A DNA stretch of 64,000 nt, taken from the IMG/VR virus record IMGVR_UViG_2687453464_000002, positions 1-64,000 of that record, one strand, 5' to 3'. Below the pieces are notes generated by a model. It made no database searches. It worked only from the letters and a program-made list of their open reading frames with translations, and had not been told where the DNA came from. Source of the stretch: a virus. Lineage: Duplodnaviria > Caudoviricetes. Below, piece after piece: positions 60,738 to 64,000 of the stretch. Both the position numbers and the translations under genes were made by a program. Position 1 is the stretch's first letter, and every line of letters starts with the position of its first letter.

Positions 60738-60779
60738 GTGTCGCCGCCCCCTCGGTGTTCAAAATCGCGAAAGGGACCC
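60738..60779 (-). other. Lambda-like cos site (cosQ and cosN)
   Basis: Minus strand GGGTCCC-23 nt-GGGCGGCGACAC, versus lambda GGGTCCT-23 nt-GGGCGGCGACCT. Confidence 0.8.
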
Positions 60780-61332
60780 GCAGCCAGAATCATTATCGTT
60801 TTGCCTACCCCCCATAATCACTACTCACTAGGTCAGCCTGTACTGCACCGTCCCCTAACCGTGGTCGCGCCCTCCCTCTATTGCTCAAGCGACTACAGCA
60901 ATGGGGAAGCAGGACAGATTCGGTGACTTTGCTTTGCGCATTACGCAGCGTCCGTGTGGGCGCTCCGTGATGGGCCTCCCAGTGGACAAAATATAACGCC
61001 AAAGGGCATGATTAAAAAACAAACAATAATGAGCTATTGCTTTTTTAGGGGAGTATAGTGGTCACTCATGCACGACCAAGGCAATGTTTATGAGCAGATT
61101 AAAATCGGCAAATACTCTCACTCACCACATAACCGTGATGATTTGTCCGTACAGCAATCATTTACCTAAAAAAAGCAAGAGTTTACTCAGCTCACATTGG
61201 CTAAGTCTCTGCCCTTTATGTATTAATTTACTTCCCAAGCGAGATAAACAAAATCGCCGACGACCATCATCCTGATTAGGATAGTTATTGGTAATTTCAT
61301 TCTAAAAAATCCAACATATACTTGGTGAAAAT

Positions 61333-61494
61333 ATGTCTATCTTTAACGCCCTAAATATATTCAGTGATTCATCTATAAAAGTTACATGTCCAAAGTGTTC
61401 TTATGTTACTGAGCAAAGCTCGAAAAGGCTCAGCAAGAACATAACGGTAATTTGCCCAAAGTGTGGGCATTATTTCTTACCAGGAGAAAGGTAA
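61333..61494 (+). CDS. YnfU-like zinc-binding small protein
   Basis: 53 aa with two CPKC motifs (VTCPKCS...ICPKCGHYF). Confidence 0.7.
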   Translation: MSIFNALNIFSDSSIKVTCPKCSYVTEQSSKRLSKNITVICPKCGHYFLPGER

Positions 61495-61574
61495 TGGATG
61501 TTTTATTTTTTCCTAGGTTACTTTATAAGCCTTACCGCTTAGCACTTACAGCAGCAAACTCTGGAGCCTACAAA

Positions 61575-61730
61575 ATGTCAGACAATGAGTTAAGGAATTT
61601 TTTGTTCACACAGACATGCGTAATTCTCTCTGGTGTTCTTGCGGCCAGAGAAGGACAACCCATGATCATTCAACAGCGTTTTAGTAAAGTTTATAAGTTG
61701 TTGGAGGAAGAATATGAAAAGCTAAACTGA
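61575..61730 (+). CDS. 51-aa hypothetical protein
   Basis: GGAG RBS and ATG at 61575. Confidence 0.45.
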   Translation: MSDNELRNFLFTQTCVILSGVLAAREGQPMIIQQRFSKVYKLLEEEYEKLN

Positions 61731-61784
61731 ATATTTCTTTCCATAAGTGCTATTGCATCACTTGCACCTTACGGAGGGGCTTTT

Positions 61785-62048
61785 TTATCTATCTAAGCGA
61801 CTACGCCATTTATCCAGCGTAGCCACCTGGCCAGCACAGATTGATAATGCTGTTTGTAGTGCCAGCGCGTGGCCACCTATGTCTCCCCAAGCATCGCCCT
61901 GTAGCATTGGCTGTTCGCAGGGTTTGAACACCGACTCAGGGGGCAGCAGCACGATCGGTGGCGGTGGAGGTGTCCGTTCCGCGCAGGAGGCCAATGACAG
62001 AGCCAGGAGCATCGCGCTTAGCGCAATCATCGTTTTTAATCGATTCAC
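61785..62048 (-). CDS. o-spanin (Rz1-like lipoprotein)
   Basis: Lipobox LASC; Pro-rich; overlaps Rz. Confidence 0.8.
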   Translation of the reverse strand: MNRLKTMIALSAMLLALSLASCAERTPPPPPIVLLPPESVFKPCEQPMLQGDAWGDIGGHALALQTALSICAGQVATLDKWRSRLDR

Positions 62049-62310
62049 GATATTTCCTTTGATAATCTTGGCCTTGTTGGCGCAGCTGCTGCTCTCTCTG
62101 TTGCTGCTTTGCCATCAATGCACGATTACGGGCGTCATCCGCGCGCATTGTTGCGAGCAGTTCGGCCTGCTGCGCCAGCATTTTTTTCTGCTGCTCGGCC
62201 TGCTGCTGCACCTGCAGGTAATTATCCCGGTAGTAACTGGCTACGCGGCCAGCCACTACCACGGCCACCAGCAGCAATCCTATCGCCATCGTTCGCCAAC
62301 TGATGTTCAT
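61936..62310 (-). CDS. i-spanin (Rz-like)
   Basis: N-terminal TM plus Q-rich coiled coil and a Cys. Confidence 0.8.
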   Translation of the reverse strand: MNISWRTMAIGLLLVAVVVAGRVASYYRDNYLQVQQQAEQQKKMLAQQAELLATMRADDARNRALMAKQQQREQQLRQQGQDYQRKYRESIKNDDCAKRDAPGSVIGLLRGTDTSTATDRAAAP

Positions 62311-62801
62311 CGTAGTCCCCAGATGCAAACGGTGTTTTCCACCTCGCGGCGGGTGACAAGCCCTTTCCACACTTTGCCGCCGGCGTACTTCCAGCGTTTC
62401 AGTTCACCGCACGCGCCGGCGTGATCGCCTGCATTCAGCTTTCTCAGCATCGTCGAACGAATAAACGCATTCGGGCCGACGTTGTAGGAGAACGAGTAAA
62501 TCGCGGCGCGCTGGGTTTCCGTGGTTTTAACCTTGATAGCGGGATCGACAATGTGGGCGACTTTTTGCAGATCGGCTTTTAGGAGCGCATCACATTCTGC
62601 ATCGCTGTAGCGTTTGCCGGGAATAATATCGGCACCGGTATGCCCATCGCAGACCGTCAGAACGCCGACGACGTCGCGATAGGCTACATACCGCCGCCCC
62701 TCTAATCCATCATGACCGCCGAGCATCGCAGTAGCGATAACGACAGCACCACCACCGCCAGTAATGGCCGCGATAATTCTATTTCTGAGTTGTGCTGTCA
62801 T
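62307..62801 (-). CDS. SAR endolysin (phage 21 R-like lysozyme)
   Basis: Gly/Ala-rich SAR domain; E-8X-D-5X-T triad (EGRRYVAYRDVVGVLT). Confidence 0.92.
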   Translation of the reverse strand: MTAQLRNRIIAAITGGGGAVVIATAMLGGHDGLEGRRYVAYRDVVGVLTVCDGHTGADIIPGKRYSDAECDALLKADLQKVAHIVDPAIKVKTTETQRAAIYSFSYNVGPNAFIRSTMLRKLNAGDHAGACGELKRWKYAGGKVWKGLVTRREVENTVCIWGLR

Positions 62802-62806
62802 GGCTA

Positions 62807-63034
62807 TTACTCGCTCATTGCTCTGTATGCAGCTTTCGCCCGTTCTTTGTCATAACCGACGGCAGTCAGCTTGTTGACCAGCTTGCGCTTGTAGTACCAG
62901 TTCACCCCGGCTGTGAAGATTGCAACAATAATCCCCACCAGCACGGCCCAATCCTGTAATGTCATGGCCCCGGCTGCCGTCAAGATCGATGCTATCCAGT
63001 AGGAAAGCTGGGAGCTGTATTTATCCATCCTCAT
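62807..63034 (-). CDS. Class II holin/pinholin with dual start (MRMDK)
   Basis: GGAGG RBS; ATGs at 63034 and 63028; two TMs; VNWYYKRK. Confidence 0.85.
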   Translation of the reverse strand: MRMDKYSSQLSYWIASILTAAGAMTLQDWAVLVGIIVAIFTAGVNWYYKRKLVNKLTAVGYDKERAKAAYRAMSE

Positions 63035-63082
63035 ACCTCCCCCTTGCCGGGGCTTGTCCCGGTCTACGGGTGATAGAAACGA

Positions 63083-63140
63083 AAAAGGCCGCGCGTTAGC
63101 GCAGCCCTGAAATAGAAAAGCCCCGGCAGATGCCAGGGCT
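63083..63140 (-). terminator. Two tandem terminators in the late leader before the holin
   Basis: Minus strand AGCCCTGGC..GCCGGGGCTTTT and GGCTGCGC..GCGCGGCCTTTTT. Confidence 0.55.
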
Positions 63141-63821
63141 AAGAAAAAGGGTTGTGGTGGCCGGTGCTGATCTTCGGCTTGTCTCAAAGGACTGCAATTC
63201 ACCACAACGGGAAAAGCACTTTCAAACCGACTCTTTCAATGCGTTTACCGTTATGTTGAAGCAGAAGTACATAGTTATATCGAGAGGCACACTCATTCAA
63301 TCCTGGGGGGATCTGATAACGAATATCAAAATGAATGTGCCTTTCTGATAAAACCCAAGTCACCGAAACGCTCGCACCAACGCACTTTTATCATCCAAAA
63401 AAAGAAACTCATCTTATTGAAAAGCTCGTGTATTTCACTAAAACAGAATATTCTTTCTTTTTAGTGTGGTTGACTTGTTCATCCTAACCCATTCCTATAG
63501 TGTCGTCAATTGACGACATTAACAGCCTCGAACGTCAAACAGAACGGATTCTCATGCAATCATTTACCCCGCTTAATGCGGGGATTTTTTTGCATATTGT
63601 GCAATCAAACGCTGCGATTTTTCTTAAACCCATTCCTTCTCCCACAGGTCACCTTGCCCTTAACTCGGAATAATCCTAAGTTAAAAGTGTCTTCAGTGAA
63701 GACGATCCCGTTGCTACTCATGTACAAAACACCACCTTGTAGCAGGAGTGCTAATTAATCACAAAGAAAAAAATTAGCCAGATAATTAATTGCCCACTAA
63801 TCATAAGACGCTTTGGGAGAG

Positions 63822-64000
63822 ATGATGAATCTGGATGACCTTACTGATGAACAAAGACAGCAGCTTGATAGCATTAAGAGCATTGTTGGCCATTGTGTTG
63901 TTATGTTGCTTGCTCAAAGAAAGACTATTAACACAGCAAACCTGTTATCACAGATAGCTGGGGAAATGGAAAAAATTCCAGAACGTTCAGAATTTAACAA
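63822..64000 (+). CDS. Hypothetical small helical protein, cut by the window end
   Basis: GGGAGA RBS; open frame MMNLDDLTDEQRQQLDSIKSIVGHCVVMLL... to the edge. Confidence 0.5.
   Translation, partial: MMNLDDLTDEQRQQLDSIKSIVGHCVVMLLAQRKTINTANLLSQIAGEMEKIPERSEFN

Larger units (their letters stand above)
39136..64000 (-). mobile_element. Second prophage, late region: lambda-like head and packaging with a P2-like contractile tail; continues beyond the window; left end probably the att at about 35095
   Basis: Contiguous lysis-cos-terminase-portal-capsid-baseplate-sheath-tube-TMP-spike genes on the minus strand. Confidence 0.92.

Noticed and set aside
63151-63230. tRNA-like 3' end (...GGCCACCA on the minus strand)
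   Set aside because: No T-loop TTCRA, D-arm or anticodon arm; not a tRNA
1-64000. CRISPR array, rRNA, tRNA or IS element
   Set aside because: No regularly spaced repeats, RNA-gene signatures or transposase ORFs noticed by eye

Overview
The window is almost entirely prophage DNA from an enterobacterium (Serratia-like by impression, not verified). (1) About 476-35094 is an apparently complete P2/186-like prophage bounded by a 24-bp direct repeat matching the 3' terminator end of the SdsR/RyeB sRNA. It has a double-HTH CI, cox, cII, dam, repA, a LexA-boxed tum, cos, head/lysis/tail genes, ogr, and an integrase that is separated from cI and preceded by its own LexA box. Between cos and the portal gene lies an AT-rich four-gene ABC-three-component/Lamassu-type defence operon. 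Its CTD (LmuA-like) protein has no recognisable enzymatic effector. Instead its N-terminus carries an 18-aa N/Q/G-rich motif (Q..N.[VI].NGSVVG.[DN]Q.N) that recurs at the C-terminus of an upstream 60-aa single-helix membrane protein. This is a candidate amyloid-signalling Lamassu system and the most interesting item here. (2) About 35100-39100 is cargo: usp-sulP, a YlcI/YnfO gene, a triple-GATC site and a small membrane ORF. (3) About 39100-64000 is the late region of a second prophage on the minus strand, with lambda-like cos/terminase/portal/ClpP-capsid, a P2-like contractile tail and a pinholin/SAR-endolysin cassette. The left edge holds a decayed lambda-type integrase fragment, suggesting elements stacked in tandem at one att site. 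All family calls come from motif recognition by eye; no searches were run.
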